DNA of 64,000 nucleotides from an uncultured Planctomycetota bacterium (lineage in GTDB: Bacteria; Planctomycetota; Planctomycetia; Pirellulales; Lacipirellulaceae). The notes under the pieces were generated by a model. It saw only the letters and a program-made list of their open reading frames with translations. It ran no database searches and was not told the DNA's origin. The stretch covers positions 1,536,001 through 1,600,000 of the forward strand of contig CAVRBU010000002.1 of assembly GCA_963719315.1 (NCBI GenBank), in the 5' to 3' direction. Every line of letters starts with the position of its first letter. The first letter of the stretch is position 1. Position numbers and translations under genes: made by a program. This document shows positions 39,559 through 50,254 of this stretch, one piece after another.

Positions 39559-41364
39559 CTACGTCCGGTGGATTATCGCATCCACTTCGGTCAGCTCAAG
39601 CTCCTTTGCCCATTCCGTCATTTCCTCACGCAAGATCTTTGCGTTGTGGCGGATATCAACAGGTATATTATCGAATTCTGCGAACAGTGTTACGGAGTGG
39701 GCCTGAGAATCTTGTCGTGCCATAGCATGCAACTCGTTTGCCATTTCCACTTCACGCCGACCGAATTCAGTGTACAACTGATAAAAAACAACTGGCAATT
39801 CGACGCCTTTATCGCCCAAACCGACTAGCGCTGTGCATTTCACATCCGGATGAGCATTGAACACCGCTTCCACGCACTCGGCGTAGAGTGGTCCGCTTGC
39901 CGTTTCCACGCGCTGCGATTTCCGCCCGCAGTACCAGAAGCGACCCTGCTTATCGAGATAACCAACGTCGCCCGTGCGGTGCCATGGACAGAGTGGGGAG
40001 TGGGGAAGGGGGAAGGGGGAATTGCTGTCGAGCCGCGTACTTCGTACTAAGTACTCGGTACTGGCGCCGTCACCGATCTTTGCAACTGCGTTCGCTTCCA
40101 CTCTGGTGACATATCTAGGCGATACCTGCGGCCCACGCACGATCAGTTCGCCAATTTCACCGACCGGCAGTTCTTCCACCTCGCCCACCTTCGCAATCGG
40201 ATCATCCGTGATGCGGATCACCCGCCATTCTATCGAATCGAATTTACGGCCAACACAAACGCCGGCCCCTTGATCCGTTCGCGCCGCCGTTTCGCCCAGC
40301 ACCTCGGCCGCTTCAATCGTCGCCACGGGTAAACATTCAGTTGCGCCATAGGGCGTGTGCATCTTCGCGACTTGGCCAACACATGCGAGTGTCGCCCGCA
40401 GCACGTCGGCGGGCACGGGCGCACCGCACGAAAACACTTGCCGCAGCGAATCAACGCGTTCGCCAGTTTTCGCGCAGTGCTCGCTCAGCACGCGCCACAC
40501 CGCCGGCGACGCGAATGCTTGTGTAACCTGCCAATCGTTCGCCGCTGCCAATAGCTTTTTAGGGTCCGCCGCCGCCGGGCGCGAAAAACCCATCTCCGGC
40601 AACACAGTTGTCACGCCCATTGCCGAGTTGAAAAGAGCGAACAACGGGAAGCACGCCAGATCGACACCGCCCGGCTCAATACCGTAAGCAGCTTGAATCT
40701 CGGCGACTTGCGTGTCGAACATCCGCTGCGTGTAAAGCACACCCTTCGGCGGCCCCGTGCTGCCCGACGTGAAAATAATCGCCGCTGGATCGTCGGCTAA
40801 AGTAGCAGGCACACTCCGTATGCCGTCGCCGTGCCGCCTTAACTGTTCGAGTGTGATGCCCCCCCAAAACCAGCGCCGGCCAACCGTCACATTCCACCGT
40901 GCCCGCGGAAACTTCCGCCGCAGCCACAGGCGGGCCGCCTGTGCCAAGCCGATGGCCACGAACCCCTCCGGCTCCGCCTCCGCCAAACACCGAACTAAAT
41001 TCCGCCGCCCCAGTCCCGGATCGACCAGCACGATTACCATCCCGGCCCGCAACAATGCGAACACGAGCGTGACGAACTCGATCCCCGGCCGCACGAGCAG
41101 CGCGAGCCGCGTCCCGGGTGGCACTCCCCACGCAACAAGCCCGCGTGCGATTCGCGTGGCATCCGCATCCAATACGGCAAACGTCGTTGTCGCGTAGCTT
41201 GCGCACGACCTCCCCTGCTGGATCGAACGGTAGGATGGCGACCATTTTCGTGGACAAATGACCGCCGTCGCATTCGGCATCGCGCGTGCAATTGCCGCGA
41301 GTCGATCCGCCACATTCAGACGTGCAGTGGGATCAGCGTCCAAAAGAGTTTCGACGTGCGGCAT
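39559..41364 (-). CDS. oleC: OleC-like AMP-binding ligase (beta-lactone synthetase family)
   Basis: LVDPGLG; FTSGSTGPPKGV; FPLFALF; TPYGATECLPV; WHRTGDVG; WYCGRKSQRV; PVDIRHNAKI. Confidence 0.78.
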   Translation of the reverse strand: MPHVETLLDADPTARLNVADRLAAIARAMPNATAVICPRKWSPSYRSIQQGRSCASYATTTFAVLDADATRIARGLVAWGVPPGTRLALLVRPGIEFVTLVFALLRAGMVIVLVDPGLGRRNLVRCLAEAEPEGFVAIGLAQAARLWLRRKFPRARWNVTVGRRWFWGGITLEQLRRHGDGIRSVPATLADDPAAIIFTSGSTGPPKGVLYTQRMFDTQVAEIQAAYGIEPGGVDLACFPLFALFNSAMGVTTVLPEMGFSRPAAADPKKLLAAANDWQVTQAFASPAVWRVLSEHCAKTGERVDSLRQVFSCGAPVPADVLRATLACVGQVAKMHTPYGATECLPVATIEAAEVLGETAARTDQGAGVCVGRKFDSIEWRVIRITDDPIAKVGEVEELPVGEIGELIVRGPQVSPRYVTRVEANAVAKIGDGASTEYLVRSTRLDSNSPFPLPHSPLCPWHRTGDVGYLDKQGRFWYCGRKSQRVETASGPLYAECVEAVFNAHPDVKCTALVGLGDKGVELPVVFYQLYTEFGRREVEMANELHAMARQDSQAHSVTLFAEFDNIPVDIRHNAKILREEMTEWAKELELTEVDAIIHRT

Positions 41365-41445
41365 CTGGTCGAGTGTATGCCACGCACCGGCGCAAGACAA
41401 CATTCGGATCGCAGTCCGCAGCGCGAGCAAGGGTTTCGCCGCCAA

Positions 41446-42840
41446 TCACCTCGTCGCCGACCAACTTGGACGCGTCGCGATTCGGCTCCCGGACTCACCC
41501 GCTCGCTCAGGCGACCAGCCCGGCCGCTTGACCGGCGGCACTTTTACGGAAGCCGCCGGCGCGGCAGCCGCTCGATGGCTTGGCATTTCTGTCACGTGCT
41601 GCGGCGTCACCGCGATGCTTTGTGACACAACCGGCGGAATCGGCTCGCTCAACGTCCGCCAACCGCCGCAGCCCGTTTCATCCTGCGTTTCCGCCGGCAA
41701 ATTCGCCGGCTTGCCTGGCTCCGCGACTACCCACGTGCCTTCGTTCGTCGGCGCGGCGACATCCGCCGTCGGAGCCGCCGGAGCGGTCTCTTCAAAATTC
41801 GTAGCGACTACAGGCTCTGCTTTCGGACGCAGCTTATTCGGGAGCGACGAAAACACGCCTGGGTGGGCAAGCTCGACCGCCGCATGCGCGAGCATTTTCA
41901 CGCCGTCGGTTGGCACGAGCCGCACCCACAACTGCGTCGGAGAATCGGCCTGTGTGTCGGCCGGCAGCTCGACGTAAAACCGCATTGTCGGTACGCTCGC
42001 ATCCGAAATCATTGCCGCCTGGACCTCGCGTTCTCCGTAGTCCCATCGACCCAGACTTCGCGGTTGGCCCCCGGCTGCAGGCACGAGCAGCATCAACGAT
42101 ACTTTTCCGTCGAATTGTTCGACGTGCCCAGAGCGATCGAACGGCACGACATCGATCACCAGCCGCGGACCGCCAGCGTCATTCGCAACGACCTCGCCAG
42201 AAAGGAGCAGCCAGTCAGACGCTGGTTGAGTGGGCAACGGCGCATTGGCGACCGGCTCGCCGGCCGCTGAAGCGGCCTCGCCAGAGGTGATTGATTGAGG
42301 CGCTGAGTTGGTGCCGGGTTCCTCATACGATGCCGCAAGGACCCGCGGTTGCGAGTCATCCGGCGTTGCGACTTCACGGACCGGTGCATCCATTTCGGGA
42401 GTTATTTCGTTGTCTGTCGTCGATTTCAGCGGCGGCACAGCGGGCGCCTCGTTTTCCGGCGGACTCGCGGGCTGCTCGTCTCTGATGCTCGGCGTCTGCG
42501 GCGTTTGGAACTGCGGCGCGCTCTTTGGCGCCGGGCTGCTGCTGCGCGTCCGCGGCATCGGTTGCGGCTCGCTCGGTTGTGGCTCGGTGACGTACCCTTC
42601 CGATAGCTGCCGTTTCAAGTTGCAGTTTTCTGTCCGATATCGGCACAAAAGCTGTTGGTATTGGGTGATGTAATCTTGCAGGGCATAAATCTGGTCTTCC
42701 TGCATTCGGCGATCGCGAGCAATCAGGTCGCGGTCGGAATTGCTTTGGCACCCGACGACGGCCGCGAGCGCAAGCGCGAGGCCGGCCAGACGCGCCAAAC
42801 CGGCGCAATACGATCGCTTTGTGTGCGAGCGATGATGCAA
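41446..42840 (-). CDS. Hypothetical Pro-rich lipoprotein
   Basis: Hydrophobic leader with VGC; short coiled coil; long Pro/Ala linker. Confidence 0.65.
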   Translation of the reverse strand: MHHRSHTKRSYCAGLARLAGLALALAAVVGCQSNSDRDLIARDRRMQEDQIYALQDYITQYQQLLCRYRTENCNLKRQLSEGYVTEPQPSEPQPMPRTRSSSPAPKSAPQFQTPQTPSIRDEQPASPPENEAPAVPPLKSTTDNEITPEMDAPVREVATPDDSQPRVLAASYEEPGTNSAPQSITSGEAASAAGEPVANAPLPTQPASDWLLLSGEVVANDAGGPRLVIDVVPFDRSGHVEQFDGKVSLMLLVPAAGGQPRSLGRWDYGEREVQAAMISDASVPTMRFYVELPADTQADSPTQLWVRLVPTDGVKMLAHAAVELAHPGVFSSLPNKLRPKAEPVVATNFEETAPAAPTADVAAPTNEGTWVVAEPGKPANLPAETQDETGCGGWRTLSEPIPPVVSQSIAVTPQHVTEMPSHRAAAAPAASVKVPPVKRPGWSPERAGESGSRIATRPSWSATR

Positions 42841-43037
42841 GACAATATCCCGATAAGATTTCGCGAACCGGCGCCCAAGATAAGAAGAACCAGCCAGGTT
42901 GCCGCCGATTCAGGGCCCTTTAATAGAAAATCGACACGCCAGCGTCAAGCCGAGCAGTTGCTAGCGATGGTCAACCCATTCGCCGTTCGCCGGACTGGCC
43001 GCTTCAGCGACCAACTGCCGACAGCGTCGCCAGCAAA

Positions 43038-43646
43038 CTACGTCGCTTTGACCGCCTTGGCTGTCGACAAGCTCGTCACCACCTTATCAATCAGGCGGTA
43101 CTCTAGCGCCTCCTCGGCCGACATGAACTTGTCGCGGTCGGTGTCTTTCTCGATCTGCTCGAGCGAGCGCCCCGTGTGATTGAACAGGATGCGGTTCAAG
43201 CGATCCTTCGTTTTCTTGTACTCGGTGGCGTGAATCAGGATGTCCTCGGCCGTGCCTTCCATGCCGGCCGACGGCTGGTGAATCATGATCCTGCTGTTCG
43301 GCAACGCGTGCCGCTTTCCTTCGGCGCCGGCCGCCAGCAGAACCGCGCCCATCGAAGCGCACTGGCCGATGCAGTACGTGGCTACGTCGCACGATACGAA
43401 TTGCATCGTGTCGTAAATCGCCAGGCCCGCCGTCACGCTGCCCCCCGGCGAATTGATATACAAGTGGATGTCCGCCTTCGGGTCATCCGACTGCAGAAAC
43501 AACAGCTGCGCGACGAGGCTGTTCGACACATCGTCGTTGATCGCCGAGCCGAGCATTACGATGCGGTCGGCCAGCAGGCGGCTGTAGATATCCATCGCCC
43601 GCTCTTCGCGGCCGCTCTTTTCGATAACGTAAGGAATTAGGGGCAT
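43038..43646 (-). CDS. clpP: Clp protease proteolytic subunit
   Basis: [26 protein letters not shown]. Confidence 0.96.
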   Translation of the reverse strand: MPLIPYVIEKSGREERAMDIYSRLLADRIVMLGSAINDDVSNSLVAQLLFLQSDDPKADIHLYINSPGGSVTAGLAIYDTMQFVSCDVATYCIGQCASMGAVLLAAGAEGKRHALPNSRIMIHQPSAGMEGTAEDILIHATEYKKTKDRLNRILFNHTGRSLEQIEKDTDRDKFMSAEEALEYRLIDKVVTSLSTAKAVKAT

Positions 43647-43698
43647 GTGATTAATGGAAAATTGCGATTAATGAAGTGAAGCGCTAAAGGGGCGGGCA

Positions 43699-43766
43699 AT
43701 TTCGGAGTGCAGATTGAAATCGACTCTTCAATCTGCAATCCGAAATCCCAAATCCGCAATCGAATC
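43699..43766. repeat. Inverted heptamer tandem-repeat array
   Basis: ATTTCGG AGTGCAG ATTGAA / AATCTGC AATCCGA AATCCCA AATCCGC. Confidence 0.75.
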
Positions 43767-44403
43767 ATTCTTCCTCCCCCTCCGGAACCGGCTGCTTCAG
43801 CAGGATGTCGTCCACGATGCCGAAAGCCTTGGCCTCTTCAGAGGTCATGTAGTAATCGCGGTCGCAGGCCTTAGCGACTTCTTCCGCGGTCTTGCCCGAG
43901 TGGGTGGCGAGAATCTCGTTGAGCGCAACGCGCGTCCGCAGGATTTCGTTGGCCTGGATTTCGATATCCGAAACCTGTCCGCCGACGCCACCATGAGGTT
44001 GATGGATCATCACCTTCGCGTTCTTCAAAGCGAATCGCTTGCCCTTCGCTCCGCCGGCCAGAAGTACGGCGCCGCCGCTGGCGGCAAGACCCACGCAGTA
44101 CGTGGCCACGGGGCAGGAAATCATCTGCATCGTGTCGTAAATCGCGAGCGTTGCGCTCACACTGCCCCCGGGCGAATTGATGTAGAAGTGAATGTCCTTG
44201 CGGCGGTTTTCGCTCTGCAAGTACAGCAGCTTCATGACCAGCTCGTTGGCGTTGCCGTCGAAAATCTCACCCTGCAGAAAAATCACGCGGTTTTCCAGCA
44301 GCAAATCGCCCAGCGTCATTTGCCGCTGACGCTGATAATCGCGCATCGCTTGGGCCGATAGTTCGTTTGCCATGATACCTGGCTCAAATCTGTTAATGCT
44401 CAT
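43765..44403 (-). CDS. clpP: Second Clp protease proteolytic subunit
   Basis: [25 protein letters not shown]. Confidence 0.93.
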   Translation of the reverse strand: MSINRFEPGIMANELSAQAMRDYQRQRQMTLGDLLLENRVIFLQGEIFDGNANELVMKLLYLQSENRRKDIHFYINSPGGSVSATLAIYDTMQMISCPVATYCVGLAASGGAVLLAGGAKGKRFALKNAKVMIHQPHGGVGGQVSDIEIQANEILRTRVALNEILATHSGKTAEEVAKACDRDYYMTSEEAKAFGIVDDILLKQPVPEGEEE

Positions 44404-44442
44404 CGAAGAATCCTTCGCGTGCTAGCTCGCATCGGTCAAATG

Positions 44443-44534
44443 GGATGTAGCAGGTAGAACGCAGAGGCAGTGGCCGGAATCAGAGTGCCTGGTCCCTGCC
44501 CTTCGCACTCTGTATCCCGCACCCTGTACCCTAC
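44443..44534. repeat. Degenerate inverted heptamer array
   Basis: ...AGAGTGC / GCACTCT GTATCCC GCACCCT GTACCCT. Confidence 0.55.
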
Positions 44535-46038
44535 TTTTCCTTGGCCTCGTCGACTTCTTCCGTAGTAACGGGGATTTCGCCACCGGTGCCGCCGCCCGCC
44601 GCGATCGAGATTGCCTCCGTGTCTGATTTTTCGGGTTGGTAGGGTTCGTCCTTGAATTTCGCTTCCGATTGCACGAGCTCCAGCACTTTCCGCTCGATAA
44701 TCTGATTCCGCAACACGTCCATCAGGCCGCGCTTTTCGAGTTGGGCCCGCACGCGCCGGGGCGATTCGCCGCTCTGGGCCGCAATCAAAAAGATTTCCTT
44801 GTCGTAATCGCCCTCTTCTACGTCCAGCTTCTCCTCCTCGGCGATTCGTTCGAGAATGAAGTGCTCCTTCAGCGCCGTGGCCGTGCTGGCCGTGCTGTTC
44901 TGCCGCAACATGTTCTCGCGGGCGCGGATCTCGGCTTCGCTGAATCCGCTCCGCCGCAATTCCATCACGGCCCGTTCCAATTCGCGTGCGCTCTGCCGTT
45001 GCAGCAGCCCCTTCGGCAGGTCCCAATCGGCGCTTTTCGTCAGCAGGGCCGAAATCTGGCTCCGCGCGATCCGCTGTTGCTCGTACTCCATTTGCCGCTT
45101 GAGATTCATGCGAATCGTATCGTGAAGCTCTTTTTCCGAAGCGAAATTGCCGATTTCCTGCAAGAACTCCTCGGTCAATTCCGGCAGTTTCAGCTTCTTG
45201 ACGTCTAACACTTCGAATCCGAGGTTGATCTTTTTGCCGCGCATCTCTGCGTTCGGCGCGTCTTTGCTGAGCGTGATCTCGGCAGTTCGCTTGTCCCCTC
45301 CTCGGACGCCCTTCATCAACTTGGCGAAGCCTTCGAGCTTGGCATCGCGGAAGCTGAGCGTCGGACGAATTCGCACCACGGCTTCATTCTCGCGCGCAGC
45401 TGCTTGCCTTCGTACGACGAAGTAAAATTGACTGAGAGATAGTCGCCTTCGCTGGCCTCGCCCTCGAACGGCGCCAATTGGCCATAGCGCGACAACATCT
45501 GCTCGAGCTGCGCATCGACATCGGCGTCCGTGAACTCGCGCACCGGTCGGTTGAGCTTCAGGCCCTTCCACTGCGGCATGTCGAACTCGGGACGCACTTC
45601 GATCGTGAACTCAAACGTCATCGGCCCTTCTTTGGGCACTTCGACGGCTTCCAGATCGAAATCCGGCTCGCTGATCGCCGTGAACCGCTGCTCCTCACTG
45701 ATCTGCTCCAGGCTATCGAGCAACAACGCGCTCTTCACCTGATCGGAAACTTCGTCGCGAAAGCGGTGCTCGACGATCTTCCGCGGCGCGCGGCCAATGC
45801 GAAAGCCGGGCACGGCCGCTGTCGGCATCATCTCGCCGAATGCATCGTCGAAGTAGCGGTCGATATCCTCGCGCGCGATCGTCACCGTTACATGCCGTTC
45901 GCACGCCCCGGGACTGGTTACCTGCACGTCGAGATTCAGCGGTTCGTCCGCGGCCTCGTCGCCGTCTCCCTCAACCGCCACGGCGGCCGAGCCCTCGTTC
46001 TCATCAACCATTTCGTCTTCTGACGGTTTGCGGGCCAT
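44531..46038 (-). CDS. tig: Trigger factor (frameshift near 45398)
   Basis: VPGFRIGRAP; EVRPEF; C-terminal chaperone domain in a second frame; upstream of clpP genes. Confidence 0.92.
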
Positions 46039-46072
46039 ATGCCTGGTAACCCCAAAAAATTCGCTGAAAGCA

Positions 46073-46110
46073 AAACGGCCCGCGCCCTTTGATCCCCAAA
46101 AGCGCGGGCC
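46073..46110 (-). terminator. Probable intrinsic terminator after tRNA-Gly
   Basis: Minus strand GGCCCGCGC...GCGCGGGCC followed by GTTTT. Confidence 0.55.
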
Positions 46111-46118
46111 ACTCATGA

Positions 46119-46206
46119 AGCTGTTAGCTACTAGCTTTTAGCTATTAGCCCGAAAATACCTCGACCTCATTTCTGGCTAACAGCTAAGAGCTAACAGCTA
46201 TTAGCT
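46119..46206. repeat. Inverted heptamer tandem-repeat array (cleanest copy)
   Basis: AGCTGTT AGCTACT AGCTTTT AGCTATT AGC / GCTAACA GCTAAGA GCTAACA GCTATTA GCT. Confidence 0.85.
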
Positions 46207-46215
46207 TTCCCAAAG

Positions 46216-46288
46216 AGCGGGTGATCGGATTCGAACCGACGACAACAACGTTGGCAACGTTGTGCTCTACCAACTGAGCTACACCCGC
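46216..46288 (-). tRNA. tRNA-Gly(GCC)
   Basis: GCGGGTG acceptor; AGCTCAGTTGGTAGAGC D arm; CAACG-TTGCCAA-CGTTG anticodon arm; GGTTCGAATCC; CCA not encoded. Confidence 0.97.
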
Positions 46289-46426
46289 GAAAATCGTAAC
46301 CCAAATTATAAGGCTCAGGTACTCCCTTGCAAGGCCACGTGCCGGCCGGTAATGCTACAGAACTTCCGACCTTTCCCGTCGGCCTGCTCCCCTCAGCGAC
46401 CAGTGAATTGGCTCCGCCCTCGTCTC

Positions 46427-46744
46427 ATGCTACTCTTCAAAAAGAAATTCCTCCCCGCCATCCGCTCGGGCGAAAAAACGCAGACCATTCGCCTATGGAA
46501 ATTCCGCCACATGCGTTCGGGCCAACGCAGCTACATCCCGGGTATCGGCCACATTCGCGTCACGTCGGTCGAGCCGGTCGAGATCGACGCCCTCACCGAC
46601 GCCGACGCAATCCCCGACGGCTTCCCCACCGCCACCGCGCTGCAGCACGAGCTCCGCACGATCTACGGCGAGAAGCTCTCCGCCGGATACCAGGCCTTCC
46701 GAATTACGTTTCAATGCGAACCGAATTCGACCTCTGCTCTCTGA
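46427..46744 (+). CDS. ASCH domain protein
   Basis: MLLFKKKFLPAIRSGEKTQTIR; LTD.DA..DGF. Confidence 0.8.
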   Translation: MLLFKKKFLPAIRSGEKTQTIRLWKFRHMRSGQRSYIPGIGHIRVTSVEPVEIDALTDADAIPDGFPTATALQHELRTIYGEKLSAGYQAFRITFQCEPNSTSAL

Positions 46745-46763
46745 TACCCGACACCTGACGCCG

Positions 46764-48368
46764 TCATTTGCTTTCTTGACGGACCGGATTGTCGGCCCGC
46801 CGGTTTGCATTTGCACGCAGTTCCCGCGCGAGCGCCGCTTGCGCCGCCAAGTGCTGGCTCCGCAGCCGGGCGAAGTGTTGCCGCGATGCCCAGGCATCCA
46901 TCGCGGCCAGCGCCAGAATTGCAAAGCAGGCCCCGGCGATTGACGCCACATACAACGCCATGGGCCAAGGCCGATGCGGCACGAGCGGCCCCGCGCCGAT
47001 CGCCGCGCCCAACACGCCGATGATCCCGCTGGCCTGCGTCCTGCGCCATATTGCGAGAGCGCATAACGCCGTTCGCTATCCGAAAGCGTCGCATCCTGCT
47101 TGGCGCTCCGCCAACTACGCCGATGCATATCGAGCATTACGCCCGACAGCCCAACCAAGAGCAGCGAAACTATACCCTACGCGGCCAGCAATGAGACATC
47201 TTCGAATCGCTGAAAGTTGAGCGTCATGAGGGATTTGAGGGGTTCGGCGTGGCGGGTTGCGAGGTCGGCGATTGTTTCTTGGATGGCGGCTTGAAACTCT
47301 TGAAATCCGGGATGGTAACGCCCATAGATGGCCGGCCGCTTGATGAACTTCCAAAGCCGTTCGATGAGGTTCAGGTTCGGCGAGTAGGAGGGCAGGAACA
47401 GCAGCGTGATTTCCAGTTGCGTCGCCAACGCTTGCACCGCGGCGTTACGTTGGTAGCGAGGGTTGTCCAGCACCAACGTGATCGGTCCGGCCAGACCGAG
47501 GGCAGCGATCTTCCGCAACAGCTCGCACATCGTTTCCGTGTTGACGACCGTGGTGTTGGTCACGCTTACCAGTTCGCGGGTCACGGCGTTCCAGGCTCCC
47601 AGGACATTGAACCGCTGGCGGCCCGAGGCGGCCCGCACGAAGATTCGCGTGAACGACCACAAGCAGCACAGGAACGTCCCGTACACAAAGTGGGCCGCAT
47701 CGACGAAGAAGACGTGTCCCCGCCCTCGGGCGGCGGCGTCGAGGCGGGGCTTCAGTTCGACGTTGTGAAACAGGGCCTGCGCGGCGACATGCTGGGCCAA
47801 GTTTTTTTGGGCGGCACGGGGAGCGCCCGGACCCGCTGCCACTTGAGTCCCATGTCTTTCAGGAACTTGCGAGTTTGCGACAGTCCCCGCCGCAGGCCGG
47901 TCAGTTGGTAAATGCGTTCGCAGGCTTCCGCAGTCGTGCGGACCGGCTGGTTCTCGAACGACGCGCGGATCACGTCGCGATAGGCGGCCAAGTCGCTCAC
48001 GGGCCCTTGCACATTCCACCGCCGCAGACCCTCCAACCCGCCATCACGATAGGCCGCAACGTACCGCCCGACGGTCGCCACTCCGACCCCCGCCAATTTC
48101 GCCGCCTGGGATCGCTTCAAACCACACTGCAGCGACCACAACACCAGCATCTTGCGGCGGACATGCGACTCCGGATGAGACTCCCGCTCGGCCGCGACAA
48201 TTCGCTGTTCCTCTTCCGTCAATCGGACTCGAAACCAAGCCATGACAGCCCTCCTTGCCAGCAACACGCCATCCTCCTCGATGGCGACATAAGGGCCTTG
48301 TACAACAAATCAGCTACTCGGGAACAGATCATTTATCCCCACGCAGGGTATAAGAACGTCGCAATCAT
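46764..48368 (-). pseudogene. Small membrane protein gene interrupted by IS630
   Basis: Removing the IS and one TA restores MIATFL|VSLLLVGLSGVMLDMHRRSW; ATG overlaps the upstream TGA; extra indel near 47045. Confidence 0.8.
47173..48350 (-). mobile_element. IS630-family insertion sequence (1178 bp)
   Basis: TA duplication (47171-72, 48351-52); IRs TACCCTACGCGG / TACCCTGCGTGG; HTH ORF 47752-48243; DDE ORF ending 47177 (FVDAAHF, VLDNPRY, LPSYSPNLNLIERLW); A7 run at 47802-47808. Confidence 0.95.
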
Positions 48369-49408
48369 CACTTCCCCGCCGCCGGCGGCGTAGCGGTTTC
48401 CAGCCCCTTCAGCCACTCATACACCACCCACCCCACCTTGGCGAGCGACGACCCCGCGCAGCGCTGCGGGTTGTCGCCCGTAGTGTGCCAATAGCCGGGC
48501 GGCGACATATCCGAGGGATCGGCGAAATCGATCAAATCGCAGGATGGAATCTTCGCCGTGTTTCGCAGCGGGAAATGATCGTCCTGCACGATATATCCAA
48601 TCCGCGGGATGAACTCGTGCACACCCAAACGAGCCGCCGTGTCCCAAATCTCTTTGACCAGCGGCCGCGTTTCGCGCCAGGCGACGCTGTTCTTTTCCTG
48701 GTAAATCTGCAAATCGCGATCGCCCACCATATCCAGCACCACGCCCCAACGATACTTGTGCGCGGGCGGCTCTTTGACATACTTCTCCGCGAACCAGGTC
48801 GTGCCCAAGAAATATGGATCGCGGTCCTTGTACACGAGCTCTTCGCCGTCCACCAACAAAAAGTCCACACCGATCGACCCGTCCAGATTCTTCATCAAGT
48901 GCGCGAGTTCCATCAACACCGCGACGCCGCTCGCGCCGTCGTTCGCGCCCAGAAACACGCCTCCTTTACGCTGCGCCGGATCGGGATCGCGATCCGGCAG
49001 CGGCCGCGTGTCGTAATGGGCGCACAACAAAATCCGCTCCTTACGCTCCGGGTGCCATTCCACGATCATGTTGGCCATTGGAACCTTCTCGCCCCCCAGC
49101 GGGTTGTTCGCCAGGAATCGCTGGTAGCTGACTTTGCCGCCCAGCTTTTCGAAATGGGCCTGTACCATTGCCTGCTGTTTCTGCATGCCGACCGTCCCAC
49201 TCATCCGCGGTCCCAGCGCAAATCTCTAGCAGGTACTCATACGCCCGCTGACCATTCAACGGATTCGTCGCCGCCGCTTGCGGCTTTGCCGAACTAACTG
49301 CCGCACCATCCTCCGCCACGGCCAAGCGCGTCCCGCCCACGCAGCCAATATCCGCGAAAAACCAAATCGCCAGCAGCGCCGCACCAATCTACCTTTTGCG
49401 TGTTCCAT
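48368..49408 (-). CDS. M28 family peptidase (frameshifted N-terminus)
   Basis: AHYDTRP; GANDGASGVA; DGEE; LDMVGD; DDH; YWHT; start approximate. Confidence 0.85.
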
Positions 49409-49561
49409 GCTGTCATTCTATGGCCGCCCGCCGCATTCATGCGAGCCGGAATTAGTGAAATCGTCGCGATTTTTGATGCTTGCTAATGCGTCTTGCCGCG
49501 TTCTGGCAAGATTCGTAACATTCGGCCCTCGCCTCCGCTTCCTACCGCAGAAAGACCTGTC

Positions 49562-50179
49562 ATGCTGCCGGTCCCTCACGATCTGGTTCATCAAATCACC
49601 GAGCTGCAGCGCGAGGCCGTAGCCCGCTGGCACTCCTCGCCGCCCGACAACCCGCACCACGGCCTGCTCGCCGTCGTCTGTCAGCAGCATCAATTCAACT
49701 TCCTCCTGTGGCACGAGGAAGACATCGCCCGCAGCCCGGATGTCCTGGACGCCCGCATCGCCGCCGTCAAACGCTCGATCGACCGCTACAACCAACAACG
49801 CAACGACTGGATCGAAAAGATCGACAAGGCCATCATCGACCTGCTGACCGATGAAGCGATTCTCCCGCGCGCCGGCGCTCGCCTGAACACCGAAACGCCC
49901 GGCAGCGCGATCGACCGCCTGTCGATCATGTCGCTCCGCGTCTACCACTTCGAAGAGCAACTCACGCGCGACGGCGCCGACGAGCAACATCGCGCGAATG
50001 TCGCCGACCGCCTCGCCCGCTGCCGCTTGCAGCTCAACGATTTGTCGCAGTCGCTCGTCGCACTGCTGGACGACATCTGGTCTGGCCGCAAACAGCTGAA
50101 AGTGTATCGCCAGATGAAAATGTACAACGACCCAACGCTCAACCCGTATCTATACCGCACCCAACGCCTCGCCGGCTAA
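49562..50179 (+). CDS. DUF4254 protein
   Basis: [48 protein letters not shown]. Confidence 0.88.
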   Translation: MLPVPHDLVHQITELQREAVARWHSSPPDNPHHGLLAVVCQQHQFNFLLWHEEDIARSPDVLDARIAAVKRSIDRYNQQRNDWIEKIDKAIIDLLTDEAILPRAGARLNTETPGSAIDRLSIMSLRVYHFEEQLTRDGADEQHRANVADRLARCRLQLNDLSQSLVALLDDIWSGRKQLKVYRQMKMYNDPTLNPYLYRTQRLAG

Positions 50180-50254
50180 TGGAACCCTCTCGCTCAGGGA
50201 GAGGGCAGGGTGAGGGTGACTTAGTATTTGGTTCGCATTGTTAAGTTGTCCGCC

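Noticed and set aside
43038..44403. Tandem clpP genes as a novelty
   Set aside because: Paired ClpP paralogues after tig are common, and both retain Ser/His/Asp motifs
46216..48350. Genomic island integrated at tRNA-Gly
   Set aside because: No integrase or duplicated tRNA 3' end is seen, and tig lies directly downstream
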